Source: Lama glama (lineage: Eukaryota). From it: a DNA stretch of 64,000 bases. Of the stretch, positions 23,440 through 36,188 are shown one piece after another (within the stretch, counting starts at the first letter, position 1; each line of letters starts with the position of its first letter). The notes below the pieces were generated by a model. It was not told the origin of the DNA. It saw nothing but the letters and a program-made list of their open reading frames with translations, and made no database searches. The position numbers and the translations under genes are program-made. The stretch lies in assembly GCA_028534125.1 (NCBI GenBank), contig CM052817.1, positions 28,398,001-28,462,000 of the forward strand, read 5' to 3'.

Positions 23440-23986
23440 TGTTTGGTGTAGGAAGCTTCTAAGATGGTTCCAGTAGATCTCACTTCCAAATATTCATGCC
23501 CTCATGTAATCCCCTCCAACTGTAGGTGAGCTGGACCTGGAGACTTACTTCCTAGGAAAACGATATAGCAACAGTGATAGAATGTCATTTTCTAGATTAT
23601 GTTACAAAAGACCATGGCTTTCAACTTGCTGCTCATTTTCACTCACTCGTTAGTTTCTTCAGAGGGAAGCAAGTGGACGTGCTGTGCAAGTCCCCACCAA
23701 GACTCCTGTGTGGCAAGAAACTGAGGGAGATTTCTGGCCAAAGTCAGTGAGGAACAAAGGGCCTACATCTAATAATACAGGAAGAGCTAAGTCTTGTCAA
23801 TAATCACAGGAGTGATTTATAAGGCTTCTCCCCTTGTTGTGGCCTTGTGAGGGGCCCTGAGTCAGAGGCACCCAGCTAAGCGGCACCCAGATACCTAAGT
23901 CACGGAACTCTAAGACAATTGAAGTTTGATATTTAAAGTCAACAAGTTCTAAGGTCATTTGTTATATAGCAAAAGATACTGATGCA
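23440..23986 (+). mobile_element. MaLR solo LTR (MLT1F-like)
   Basis: ttctaagatgg...tgtaatcccctcc...tgtggcaagaaactgaggg...cccagctaagc...ggtcatttgttatatagcaaaagatactgatgca. Confidence 0.85.
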
Positions 23987-24149
23987 GTTTTAATTTAAAT
24001 GTCATTGAGAAGGGCAAGTACTCTCTAATCATGCATAGTTTACACCTGTCCTATTGTCTGACAATAAAACATACACAATAAATACAAAGGAAATAACAAT
24101 TATCCAATTCCTTTTAATGAATTTTAAAACATTAAATTATTTAAAAACA

Positions 24150-24565
24150 ACAATTCACAGTAAATACAATGAAGTGAAAAAATATGATATAGAAAATAAC
24201 AGAAACCTGAATTAAGTATAAATATCAGAAAGTCTCTCTTTGGATGCCCTTTTTAAGGACCTACAGGAAATGAAAGACTGATGCCAGCAAAGAGCAGAAA
24301 GAGCATTCCAGACAGCAAAATGATTGTGATAAAGCTCTGGAAGTGGGAATGAGCATGGTCTTCAGATACAAAAACAAAGTCAAAACAAAACTAAAATGCT
24401 TTCCATTTGGTTCTAGACATCAGTGGATAATAATGGATAAGTCATAGAAGATTAAAGTGAAAAAGGAGCATTAATCCAGATACAGAACTTGAACATCACA
24501 ATAGAAAATGAATTTTAAATTCACTACAATGGGATTATTCAAACAGAATAATCAAAGATGAAATT
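24150..24565 (-). mobile_element. L2 remnant
   Basis: gagcattccagacagcaaaatg...aaagctctggaagtgggaatgagcatgg, reversed L2 motif. Confidence 0.55.
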
Positions 24566-24573
24566 TGTTGGAA

Positions 24574-25041
24574 TGGATGGCCAATCTCATGTATCAACTT
24601 TATTGAGTCACTGGGTGTCCAAATATTTGGGTTCAATACTATTTGGGGTGTGCTGGTGAGGGTGTTCCTGGATTAACACTTGAATCAGTAGGCTGAGTAA
24701 AGCCCATTGCCCTCCCCAGTGTGAATGGACCTCATCCAGTTTCCTGACAGCATGAATAGGACCATCAGGCTGAGGAAGGGAGAATTTGCTTTCTCTATAT
24801 TTGAGTTGCAACACTGGTCTTCTCCTGCTTCAGACTTGGACTTGGATTGGAACTTACACCATGAGCTCTCCTGGTTTGCAGGCCTTCAGTCTTAGACTGG
24901 AACCACACCATCGGCTCTGAGTCTCCAGTTTGCTCATTGCTGATCTTGAGACTTCTCAGGCTCCACAATCCTGGGAGCCAATTCCTTATAATCTCTTTAT
25001 ATACATCCTATTTATTCTATTGCTCTAGAGAACCTAGCACA
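24574..25041 (+). mobile_element. ERVL solo LTR (MLT2-like)
   Basis: tgtatcaactt...gaatcagtaggctgagtaaag...gccctccccagtgtgaatggacctcatcca...gagccaattccttataa...ctctagagaacc. Confidence 0.9.
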
Positions 25042-25300
25042 TTGAATGTTGTCCCATCTATTTAAAGATTGTGTGGAAAAGATAATGCTCTAAACCAGTG
25101 GGTATGTTAAGAATCCAGTTTTGACCATAATACATTTGATTTGTAGCATCCAATTGCAGGTGTCAAGGATGAATCTTGTTAACAAAGATCAAATACTTTT
25201 ATTCATTAATTATCTAACAATTACTCATCTTGCGGCACAGATGCGACGGCTCACAGAGGTCTGAGAAGTGGAGATTAGAAAGCTGACAGCATATAGGTGG

Positions 25301-25760
25301 TGTATCAATTAGATACGCCATCTGGGTAACAAAATTCCTGACAAACAGTGACTTAAAAAGTGGGAGTTATTTTTTCTCATATAGCAATAATTCTGAAGGT
25401 AAAGGCTTGCTAAGGTCAAAGCAATGGTAAAAGTATTGGTTCAAAGACTCAAGAATCTTGGGAATTTGTGCACGTGCGTGTGTCTGTGTGTACGTGTGTG
25501 TTTAATCTTTCCCCCATAGTTACAAGTTCACTATAGCAACTCTAACCATCAAGTCATGTTCAAACATGAGGAAGCAGGGAGCAGCATAAATTGAAGTCCC
25601 TTTTAGCACATACCACCCTCTCATGAGATACAAAATCATTCCTAAAGGCCCTTTCAGAAAAGTTCCTCTTTTCTTCTCACTGACGAAAAATCAAACATAA
25701 CTTCCCCTCTAGACCAAGTGCTGGATCTACTTTCTCATAAATGTAGTGATTTTGATTGGA
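25301..25760 (-). mobile_element. Old MaLR LTR (MLT1I/J/K-like)
   Basis: tgtatcaattagat...gtaacaaa...cagtgacttaaaa...ttattttttctcatatagcaa; highly diverged. Confidence 0.5.
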
Positions 25761-26264
25761 TTCGTGAGAAGAAACACAAAGATCATTTGTAAAAAACAAG
25801 AGAGAAATGGCTTCAAAGTAGGCATCTAAGAGAATTTCAAATTTATACAGAAACAAATTCAAGGCCAGGAAAATGAATTCATTTGATTTTAACCAAATTA
25901 TGGCAAACATTTTCACATGAAGAACAACTGGTCTATGAATGAACATATGATTCAATTCTAGACAATAAAACATGAGAAGTACTTCTGAAAGCTTCTATCA
26001 ATGTTATCTTTCCTATTACATGGAGACATGAGGGAAAACATTTTTCTCCAGGCTTCCCACTTGCTTTCAGCTCAGGATGTTACTGTATAAGAATAGAATA
26101 TTTCAAGAGGTGGCAGCCACTTTGCAACCATGAGATAAAGACAAAAACAACGTCAGTTACAATATAGCTTCCTAACTTGATTAATTCACTCAATTAAGCT
26201 TCTATTATTTAAACCAATACAACTTGAGGGCTCTGTTATTTGTAGCTGAAAGAATCATACATAA

Positions 26265-27000
26265 TAAAGATGTCATTTAAATCCATAGGAATGAAATTAT
26301 TTAATGCAAAGGGAGAAATTGCAGAGAGAAGAGAGAAAAATACTCATTATTGAGTACAGGCAACATTAGGGGGGTGGGAGAAAGGTGCTAAGAAGACAGA
26401 GACGTGGTAAAAGGAAAACCCATGGAGTAGTGTGTTCTGGAAACTGAAAGGGTTTTTCACAAAGGAAAACATTATGAACTGTGTGGAATGATCCTGAAAG
26501 TCTACACACACTGAAAACTGATTTTTAAAATAAACTTGCCAATATGGAGGTATTTGGAAACCTCTAAGGAGTTTTCTTTGAGTACTAGGAGAAAGAAGCT
26601 TTATTAGAGCACATAAGGTTTGAGGAAGTATGACTGTAACGTTTAGAAGAAAACCTGTCAGTGTGTTTGGCCATGAAGGGAAATTGATGAAAGGCAGTAA
26701 ATGAAGCATGTTTTGTTGTTGCAGGCGCTGTCGAGGGGGATGTGCTAAAGGAAAACTGCATGGTGATAAGGTTATAAACAATAGAGAAGGAGATACTGAT
26801 GATACTGGGGAAGAGAAAACACAGGAGACATACTCTTGAGAGGAGACCATCTCTGGAGCGCAGAAGAGATTAGCCTCTGATCGAGAATGGATCATTTTCT
26901 CTGTTGTAACAAGAAGAAGACATGATGAAAGGCAAAGAAATTTCTTAGTTGGTTAGAGGTCAAAGGGTGAGGCAACTCTTCACCACTGGTCCATTTTTCT
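26265..27000 (-). mobile_element. L2 remnant
   Basis: ggaaaacccatggagtagtgtgttctggaaactgaaag...cttgccaatatggagg...gagattagcctctgatcgag. Confidence 0.6.
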
Positions 27001-27004
27001 CAGA

Positions 27005-27131
27005 GTTTACTTATTCTACCAATTCAAATGTTAATCCAATTCAGAAACTCCCTGGCTAACACAGACAACAGTGATTAGTCAAATATCTGGGCACCTCATG
27101 GTCCAGGCAAGTTGACACATAAAATTAATAA
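27005..27131 (-). mobile_element. MLT2-like LTR 5' fragment
   Basis: attcaaatgttaatc...aaatatctgggcacctcatggtccaggcaagttgacacataaaattaa. Confidence 0.8.
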
Positions 27132-27914
27132 TTGGAGAAATTGTCAAGAGTGATGAAAGCTGGTGGAGAATGTGTGAGGTATCAGACTTTGCTTAGGCTC
27201 AGCTAAGATGTGAGAACATTCTCTTGCGAACAAATTTCATGCCAGCAATTCCTAACCTTTTACTACACAATGAATTCTTGGAATGAAAGGCAACACTTCC
27301 AATTTATTCTTGTTACATTATCTCTGTTTTACACAAGAATACCTTTCTTCAAGTTATGTTAATCACGATTTTTAATTGTTGAAGCTATTTCTCCCTTCTA
27401 GCCTCTTGGAGCTGCAGTTCTGGTGAACATGTCTCTTCCATGGGCTTGGCGTTCAACGCCGGTCAGCACTGGTCCCAGGGCTTAGGTCAGTGGCACTCTG
27501 TGGACCATCAGCATTTTAGCAGTAGCAGTAATTAATTGTCAGATATTTTTAAAATATTTTTTAAAATAATTCTAACTGTTGATCTCAAAATTGAATCAGA
27601 TTCATGATTTCAGAAAAACCTAAATCTTGATCAGTTTTTCCCGAACCTGACTTTAAAGGTAAGGATTCCTAAAGCTTTATTTAAATATAATTTAAATGTA
27701 AACACTCTATTATTTATAGGTAACATAAGTCTGGTTTCTATTTTTCAAATGGTAGTCTGTTCACATTCAATTTTTTTGTTTATTTTTCTCTGCTCTCCTA
27801 TACTACATATATTTAATAGCTATCAATTATTTCTTAGTCTTATTTTCAGGGAAAAGTACACATATATTTTCAAAATCAATTCATGTTGCCTGATACCTCT
27901 CTAGAGGTGACCTG

Positions 27915-28020
27915 GAAACCAAGAACATAGACTCTGGAGTGAATCTACTTGGGTTTTAATTCAGGCTCTGACATTTATTAACTATGTGATCTTTAAAAAT
28001 CTGTTGTGTCCTCTCTATGG
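27915..28020 (+). mobile_element. MIR fragment
   Basis: aagaacatagactctggagt...cttgggttttaattcaggctctgacatttattaactatgtgatctt. Confidence 0.7.
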
Positions 28021-28030
28021 GAAAGAGCAG

Positions 28031-28387
28031 TGTCTTAGTTCAAGCTGGTGTAACAAAGTGAAATAGACCAGATACCTTACAAACAGCAAAAAATGTGCTT
28101 CTCACGGTTCAGGAGACTGGAAGTTTGAATGAGATCAGGGTGCCAGGGGGTCGGATTCTGGTGAAAGCCCTCTTCTGAATCACCGATGGCTGACTTCTTG
28201 TAGCCAAGAATGGTGGAAAGAGTGGGCTCGCTCTCCGGGCTCTGCTTATTGAGGGTGCTAATCCCGTTTCTGAGAGCTCCACTCTCATGACGTAATTACT
28301 TCACAAAGCCCCACCTCCCGTGCCACCATTGGTGATTAGAGTTCAACATGTGTGTTTTGAGGGGACGTAAACATGAATACCTTAACA
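28031..28387 (-). mobile_element. MaLR solo LTR (MLT1A-like)
   Basis: tgtcttagttcaagctggtgtaacaaa...agatcagggtgccag...ttctggtgaaagccctctt...aaagccccacctcc...ttaaca. Confidence 0.85.
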
Positions 28388-28449
28388 GATAGAGAAACAT
28401 TTCTCAATATTTAGATAACAAAACACCTATACACAGTGTTATGAATAAT

Positions 28450-28640
28450 AGATACATTTTATTTAAGGATTATTCTCTATGAAGCATTGTTCTAAACATT
28501 TTAGACTCATGATCTTATGTTATCATCACAGCAACCCATGAAATAAGTATATTAATATCCTCATGTAATAGATGAGAAAAGTCTAAATAACTTCTCTCTG
28601 GTCACACAACTTATAAGTCATATAACTGGGATTAGACATA
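28450..28640 (-). mobile_element. MIR SINE
   Basis: atcatcacagcaacccatgaaataagtatatt...atagatgagaaaa...ggtcacacaact. Confidence 0.7.
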
Positions 28641-29227
28641 AATCAAAATTTTTCATTAAATTTAGACAATTTAATTATACCTAGAAACCCCATTGGCAAC
28701 CAATCTTTGTGAAATGAAGCAGGTTTGGAATAGCCACTAATAAAACAACAATCAAACAAATAAATAAAGCACAGATATGCTGAAAGGTTTACTTTATAAT
28801 TTGTATTATTTTTATTTAGTATATGATGCAATATTAGGAAATGCATTAAATAAATTAACTTGCCAGCTTTTGAATCTTGATGTTTATTTTGATCCTTTTA
28901 TGTTTTCATCAATACATGAAAATGTTATTGAACAGTCTGAAAATATTGTATATCTTGTAAACCTATGACATAGCTTTATGTGTCTCTCTAACCTTGCTTT
29001 CACATCAATCACATTTTAAGCAAATCCATAGCTTTCTGATCAATTTCAGTTAATCAAAATAACCCAGTCCAATAAACTGATTGCTACAAAATAATCAGTA
29101 ATCACAGATGTGCATGAGCAAGCTATCCCAATGGTATTCCCTCTTTCCATACCACCACCTCTCTCCAAAACCTGCTCAAATTAACAAGAAAGGAAAATCA
29201 GCAAACATATTTCCAGAGAATAAGATT

Positions 29228-30100
29228 CCTTCATTCATCTACTCAGCACATACTGATTATTACTGTTAGCATTAGCATGTAATACTGGGGATTTAACAGT
29301 CAACAAAACTACTAGAACCCCTGTCCTAATGGACCTTAAATTCTAAGGGGGGAAGACACTGTCAGTTGGTGATAAGTGCTTAGGAGAGAAACTACAGCTG
29401 GGTAAGAGGACAGATGTTAATGGGAAGTTATTTTTTTTTTTTTGAAGCTTGTCAGGAAAAATCTCCAATAACAGATAACAGCTGAGTGAGTAAGTGAAGT
29501 AAGGGAAGATTGTTCCAGGCAGGGACCAATGGTTTTACTGAGGGAAAAGCCCTGAGATTAAAGTGTGTTTGGTGCACTAGGAGGTGCAGTCATCAAGGAG
29601 AAGGAAGGTAGGAGATGAAGTTCAAGAGATAACCAAGGATCAGCTCATAATGGGCCTTACAGATTATGGTAACGACGCTGTATTGTTTTCTATATCATGA
29701 GAATCCATTGAAGGGTTTCAAGAAAGAAGGAACAGTATAAATAGCTTTTAAAAAGAATTATCAGCTGAAATGTGAATTACCAACTGGGGTCAAAACTGGA
29801 AGGATGGGGAGAAGTAAGGGGTTCTTTGCAATAGTCTAGATGACAATTAAAGGTGGCTTGGTCTTTATGCATTATGTTGGTGATGGTAAGAAGTTGTTGG
29901 ATGCAATATTTGCTGGTGGGTTTGCATAAATATGGGAGAAAGAAAAAAGTTAGGAATTATTACAAGACTTGTTTTGTTTGCTTTGTGGCTTAAGCAATAA
30001 GGTCAATGGTAGTGCTATTTTCTGAGATAAATAGGATGGAGTATCAATTAGTTTGTTTAAGATATTTAAGTCTGAGATGACTTTTAGTTACCTGGTGGAG
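29228..30100 (-). mobile_element. L2 (L2a-like) 3' region
   Basis: ttcattcatctactcagc...ccctgtcctaatggaccttaaattctaagggg...ggtaggagatgaag...ccattgaagggttt. Confidence 0.75.
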
Positions 30101-30619
30101 TTATAAAGATTCACAACATCCTGATAAATATAAATTGCATTTAAATATTTAAAAAACACTATATTAAAATATACCAGGAGAAAAAAAAACTATATATATA
30201 TACCAGGAGAGTTGCCTTACTGGTAAAACTTGTTTGATTTTTTAAAAAAACACATACAAAGTCATTTAATAGAAAGGATGTTGGCAATAATTTAAAAGCA
30301 GATTTGCAATTATGCTAGTGTATTAAATGCAGTCACCCTTATAGTCATGTGCAATTGACCAATATACTATGCTGCTTGCTAGGTCATTCAACTTAAAAGG
30401 CTTATAACAGCTAATCTTTTTAGCAATCAGAAGGCTCATACAACAAATAAACATTTAGGAAAGCAGTGAATTTTAACCAGTGAAATCAAGTAGGGACATT
30501 ATTTTCTCAGTGGAAACAAGGTCTACCTTCTTCCCATATAAATACTTTAAAATATAGAATTTTTATTTAGAGTGTTAATGATAATTCCCTCTCCAATCCA
30601 TCATCTATCCATCTATCTC

Positions 30620-32350
30620 TCTAACTATTGTTGCTCCATTTCAACTAGTCTGAAAAAAGTAGTCTCTTTTTTCAAGTTCAAAGCAAATCCCTCAATTTGT
30701 GTTTTTGAAAAATATTCTTCTCTTTTCCTCCTGTCCTCATAAAATAGGTCACTGCTATTAGTCCTTACCTTCTTATATTTTTGACTCTTCTCTCTGTCTC
30801 TCCTCACTGCTTTTACACGTTCAATAAAGTCTTTATCTTTGAACACTTAAAAATAAAACTCCTTTGTCTCTGAAATACTTTTTTCCATTTTTCCACCACA
30901 AACTTCTTGCTAAAAAGAGTGTTTGCTGCCTTTATCTCAAAGTGGAGACGTCACCTTCCAGTTACTCCTTACCCTTCTGCCATCAAGCTTCTTCCTCTCC
31001 TATTTGACTGAAATGACTCTCTAAAAGGTTACTTGTGGCCTTGCTAAATTCCAGTACATTATTTTTTTTTCTCTCGTGTTACTTGAATCTGTTTAACATT
31101 TTTTGGTCATCTTTCTTGGCTTTCCTATTCCTTGGATTCTAAGATCTAAATTTCTAGTTTAAAGTTCTAGTTCTCTTTTTTATGTCTCGAAACATTGTTA
31201 TTCATTTTGGCATTTTTCTCCCTGAGATGCCCTTTAAAAGTCAATATTCGCCAAGATTCCATTTGTGACTTTCCTCTGCTCGTCACTTTTTTCCCTTTCT
31301 CTTTCTCTCCCCGTTCGTCTCCCTCTCTTCTTTTTAGTTTTTACAAAAATGGTCATCCATCCATGTCTATTAGGACAATTTCTGCTGTTGATGATCATAT
31401 TTAGTCTGATGCAATAGACCAAACGTCCCTTGAAGGAAATCTCATTCATCAATACATCCCCAGAGCACTACCTGCTACATAATAGGCACCCAATAAATGT
31501 TTATATCTCTGATCCATATTTACTGCACTAATTTGTCCTCTAAACTCTGGACCTGTATATATATAAGAGTATGGGGGATACCTGTAAGTAGATGGCTTCA
31601 AAATACCTCCAACACCACACGGACAAAAGGATAACATTATCTTTCCCCAAGTATTTACCATTATTCACCCCATCATCCAAATTCTATTTCAGGACATAGT
31701 TTAGATAGCCACCTCTCCCTTCAGCCCAGGGCAATCAGTCACCAAGTTCTATACATTTTGTTCCGTCGACCTAACTAACTCCTCATCTCTACTTTCGTGA
31801 CAGCTGATATAAATTGTACACTCGTTTCCTCTCATATTAAAAAAATTGCTGATGTCCATTGCTCAAGACAAAGTCCAAATCCCTTCGTATAGCAGATAGG
31901 ACCTTCCAGGATCTGTCACCTCCTTAGAGCTAACTTGTTCAACTTTTACAACCTTTTAGTTTTCCATTTCTCCTCACAACCTATGCTGCAGCCAAACCAA
32001 ACTCATTTCTTAAATAAAAATCAGATTCTTTTACAAATCACTATTTTGTAATTCAGAGTATACACTCTAGCTGTCATGTTCTTCCCCTTGCAACCAGGAT
32101 TGCCAATATAAGTAAGTCCTTATGTTCAAGATACAGCTTAAGTATTGTCTTCTCTAGGAAGAATTTCTGAGGTCTTGCTCCACAGATAGAACTAAGTAAG
32201 CCCTTGTACCTTCCTCATGTCACTCTTATTTTCTTCTGTTATATACACAGTTGCTTATCACCTGATCATTGGCTCCTTGACAGTGTTCCTACTTCATCTG
32301 CAGCTTTCAGTGTCCAGTACCAAGATAGAAGCTTAATATAGATCATGAGT
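30620..32350 (+). mobile_element. L2 remnants, pyrimidine-rich body to 3' end
   Basis: actgaaatgactctctaaaaggttac...caatcagtcaccaagttcta...aagtccaaatccctt...ttcaagatacagcttaagtattgtcttctctaggaag. Confidence 0.7.
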
Positions 32351-32766
32351 TAAAGACATTTCCAAACAGAGCTTAGTTCTTAATATTCATCTTAGCTTTC
32401 TCAGTCCAGACAAACAATTCAGAGGGGAGAAATCTTTGTAGACCACAGAATATATCATAGGCAGAATTGTTTTCTTAGTTTAAGCATAGACTCAAGTTGC
32501 GGTTTAATTGAGGATGACATTCTTTCTAAAATTCATTTTATATTTAATCACTTAGTATATTTTAGAGATTGTTCCTAACTTTGTCAAAGATTATGTCCCA
32601 GAAAGACCTTTGTGATTTGTGATGGAAAAGAGAGATTCATTTTGTGAAGGAGGAAAAATTAAGAATATTTTGAGACTATAATTGTCTCTCATATATAGAA
32701 AGAAGACAAAGCAGACTGATTTTGAGGGGAAAATATTACTGTAAAGGCATCGAAAGGAGAATGAAA

Positions 32767-32808
32767 GCACGCACACACGTGTACACACACACACACATAC
32801 ACACACAC
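32767..32808. repeat. Interrupted (CA)n microsatellite
   Basis: gcacgcacacacgtgtacacacacacacacatacacacacac. Confidence 0.9.
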
Positions 32809-33640
32809 CCCTCACCAAGTTCATTCGTCCATTTGGTCAAACAGGAGCTAAGAATATAAATTAAAATTACATTTCTGGAGAAACTCAAGGGAATGCTGCT
32901 AAGAAGTCAGGTTAATTTTGTTATTCTTCCAGTGAGTCAAAGGAAAATGTGATTATTTTTGAAGATTAATCTTAATAGATAATGAAAGCTTACCAATAAA
33001 TGCTATTTTAAGTTAATTTCAGATAATTAAACATTAAATAATATAAAAGAATTTTTTATTCGGACAACTGTTTGCAATTATCCTCCAGGAATTACCTAGA
33101 GGGTCCTAAGGCTCAAGGGTCATAGCTATTGGTGCAGATTGCTTCAAAATATAATCTGCCTGTCATAAATATGGTTGTATTTATCACTTACAAAGTCAGA
33201 ATAGGAGGCAAAAGTAATTACCTCCTTTTTTCTCTGAGGTATAGCTCAGTGTCTGTCATAGGGTATATTTTTGAGTATTTTTAGATACATACATAGATAG
33301 ACAGATAATTAATTACTATTAACAGATCATTTGTTAATATTAAAGAACATATTCACCTAGTTAAATAGAGGAATGCATAAAAGGCGTATAAGCCACTGAA
33401 ATTTAAATATTGTCAAAGTTACAAGAAAACATAAAATAAATATCAATTAACTATTGGTAGTTTGGGAAAAACATATCTTATGGAAAAATTAATTTCCATT
33501 TCAAGTCAGAAAATAATGTATTTCACTTTATGTCTAATGTATGGCTGTCTAGCTTCCAAAATGTATTAATGCAATTCAAAGACCAAAGTGATTTTATATA
33601 AAATTAGAATATTTTGGGGATCTCTAGGGACATAAAAGAT

Positions 33641-33820
33641 TCTTTTTTTATTTTTAAAATTATTTTTATTCATTTATTTTTGAGGGGGAGGTAGTTAGGT
33701 TTGTTTGTTTGTTTGTTTGTTTGTTTGTTTATTTGTTTGTTTGTTTGTTTTAATGGAGGCCCTGGGGATTGAACCCAGGACCTTGTGCATGCTAAGCATG
33801 CACTGTATCACTGAGCTAGA
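33641..33820 (-). mobile_element. vic-1-like camelid SINE with internal (TTTG)n expansion
   Basis: ggggattgaacccaggaccttgtgcatgctaagcatgcactgtatcactgagcta is a reversed tRNA-Ala head; gggggaggtagttaggttt segment and T-rich tail; (TTTG)n at about 33699-33750. Confidence 0.9.
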
Positions 33821-35924
33821 GGAAAGGATTTTTTAAATTATTATTATTTAAAAATTTTTTTCAGATCATATCATCTTTCAAATAGAAATCTTTGTTGCAG
33901 AGGGATTCTTTTTATTAACATATTTTTGTTAGGTTTCTGATTCTTCTAATTCTTCAAATTATTTACTTTTTCATTCCCAAAGGGGCTATTAATCTCTCCA
34001 TGCCTGTTTCACTACTGTAATAGAAGACGGAGCAGTCTTTCCGGAGAAGCACACAATTCCCTGGTCACACCCCAGTGCAGTCCCCTCTCACAGCTGTTTG
34101 AAGCCGTCCTAGTGCTCCCGGCTTGCCTCGCCCTCCTGCTCTCAGAGCTGCTGCTTCTCTCTCCCCAGAATCCAAGTGTGCATTTTCCCCACCACTGATT
34201 CAGCCTCGGGATGACCCCAAGGGAGACGTTTCCTCAAGTCCGCAGATGTGTAGAGCCATTTCTCTGCTGTCATTCTCCTGCTCTCAGCTAGAGATCAATT
34301 CTTTCTGTTACTTTTCTCCACATGGCTCATAAAGTTTCGTTTCCTGCTAAAAAAATCCAATTTAGCATAAGTAAGCTCTCGCATCTGATGTAGTTCTTAA
34401 GAAGGGCAAGCGATCAATGTTATGACTGAGAACACTGACAGTTCTGTCTGCAGCATCCACCCTGACACTAGGGTTCTCTCTCCTGACTCTGAGGGACTGT
34501 CATACACTCCTCTTAAGTTCTTACTCATGCACCTAAGTTTCTAGAGTGTTAGTAGTCCCTTTCCAGACTTTTGAACTGGGCAGACATTCAGCATTCACAC
34601 TCATGGTATTATTTTATAGTGTTCCTTCCAGCTCTCTAGTAGATTAAAATAATAAAACAAAAATATTCTGAACATTGGCCTCTAATGCACATTTAGGTCT
34701 CAATTATCCAAATAATAGCTTATGTGAAAAATATGAACAGATATAATTCACAGATGAACCCTAGCTCCTTGATTTAAAACTGCAATTGATTACCATCAGT
34801 CCAACTTTAGTTTCAGCGAGAGATGCACAACAAGAATGATCTTAATAATTAAGTTCATCTGAATGACATTTATTCAATTTCAGGTTCTGCAAATGGTGCA
34901 TTTCTTTATTATTCTGGATAAGCTGCAAAACACCACAGTGTTAGCATCTATGATTTAATGTGGAAATGGTATCATAAGTACAGGTTTGAATCCACCGTAC
35001 AGAATGTGGAAAAAGAAATTAACAGACAAGAGACTGATGTTCATACATGAGGGGAGGGCAGGTAGCTGTTAGTGTCTGCCCCAGTCCAGAAGGGAGAGAG
35101 CAGGGGTGATTCTACCACACTTTTCCCATCAATGTGGAGAGCGAGAGTATTCAGATTTTCGATTAAAGACACCTTCCTTTCTTCTCTCCTTTGAGACAGA
35201 TCACAAGTTACATGTATTTGTTAAAGGTATTTCTTTCCCTTTAAAATAGTTTGTCTTCCCAAGGATGGGGGAGAAAATTAAGCTGACTACTAGAAAATTT
35301 TTGAGACTTTGTGAATCAAGTTATAGTATAATGATTTCTTGCGGATAAAAAATAAGCATCTATGTGTGGAATTCTAGAACCATTTTAACAATGTCAGTAG
35401 GGATTATAGACTTTTAAAATGGTGTGTTGGTCAAGCAATTATTCCTTTGGCTTTGATTTTCCGACTTTGTGACATAAAAATTTTAATAAAGTTTGAGGGG
35501 TTTTTTTTCCAACAACTGGTTTTCTTATACTATTAGAAAAATGTACTCAGGAAGCCAGAAAGTAGACAAAGATTTATTTAAATATTTTCATACCATCAAT
35601 TATATTATCACCCAAGATATTCTATTGGAAATAAAATTACCTCAGTCAAATTTCTTTAATCTTGCTATCAAAAACTTTGTTTCTTATTTATATTAGAAAA
35701 TCAAATATTTTACTATAGAAATTTTTTGAAATATATATACAGAAGGGAAATAATAAATAATCAATAATCATTATTGCCTTCCATTAGAATTTTTTTACTG
35801 TTTGCTTCCAAGCTTAGATACAAAAATATGTAACATGGAAGAAAAAAATGCAATTTAAACATTGGTGGCAGAATTGTTCTGAAGACAAGAATTGTCTTCC
35901 TTTAAAAAAACAAAAAACTTGATG

Positions 35925-36140
35925 ATGGGCTTTGGAATCAGGCTACATGCCTGCAAGTCCCAGCTCATTGATCTTACTGCCTTTGTGCCTGTAGACACAT
36001 TAATGAATCTTTTGGTCTCATCTACAGAATGAACAAACTATTAGTTTCTACCCTTTGGAGTTAATTTCAAAATTGAGTGAGACAATCTCTTTCAGCCTGG
36101 TTTATAAGAAATGTTAGTTTAATGATAGCACATTAGTTAT
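35925..36140 (+). mobile_element. MIR SINE
   Basis: tgggctttggaatcag...agtcccagctc...ctcatctacagaatgaa...aaatgttagt. Confidence 0.65.
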
Positions 36141-36188
36141 CATCATCATCCTCATCTTCGTCATCATCAGCAGCAGCAGCAGCAGCAT
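36141..36188. repeat. Compound (CAT)n/(CAG)6 triplet repeat
   Basis: catcatcatcctcatcttcgtcatcat followed by (cag)6 at 36168-36185. Confidence 0.9.

Noticed and set aside
26347..26895. 182-aa minus-strand ORF
   Set aside because: Lies within a decayed L2; low-complexity F/S/L/P composition with no recognisable domain
33238..33251. ggtatagctcagtg, SINE-head-like
   Set aside because: Only 14 bp, with no B box or tail following
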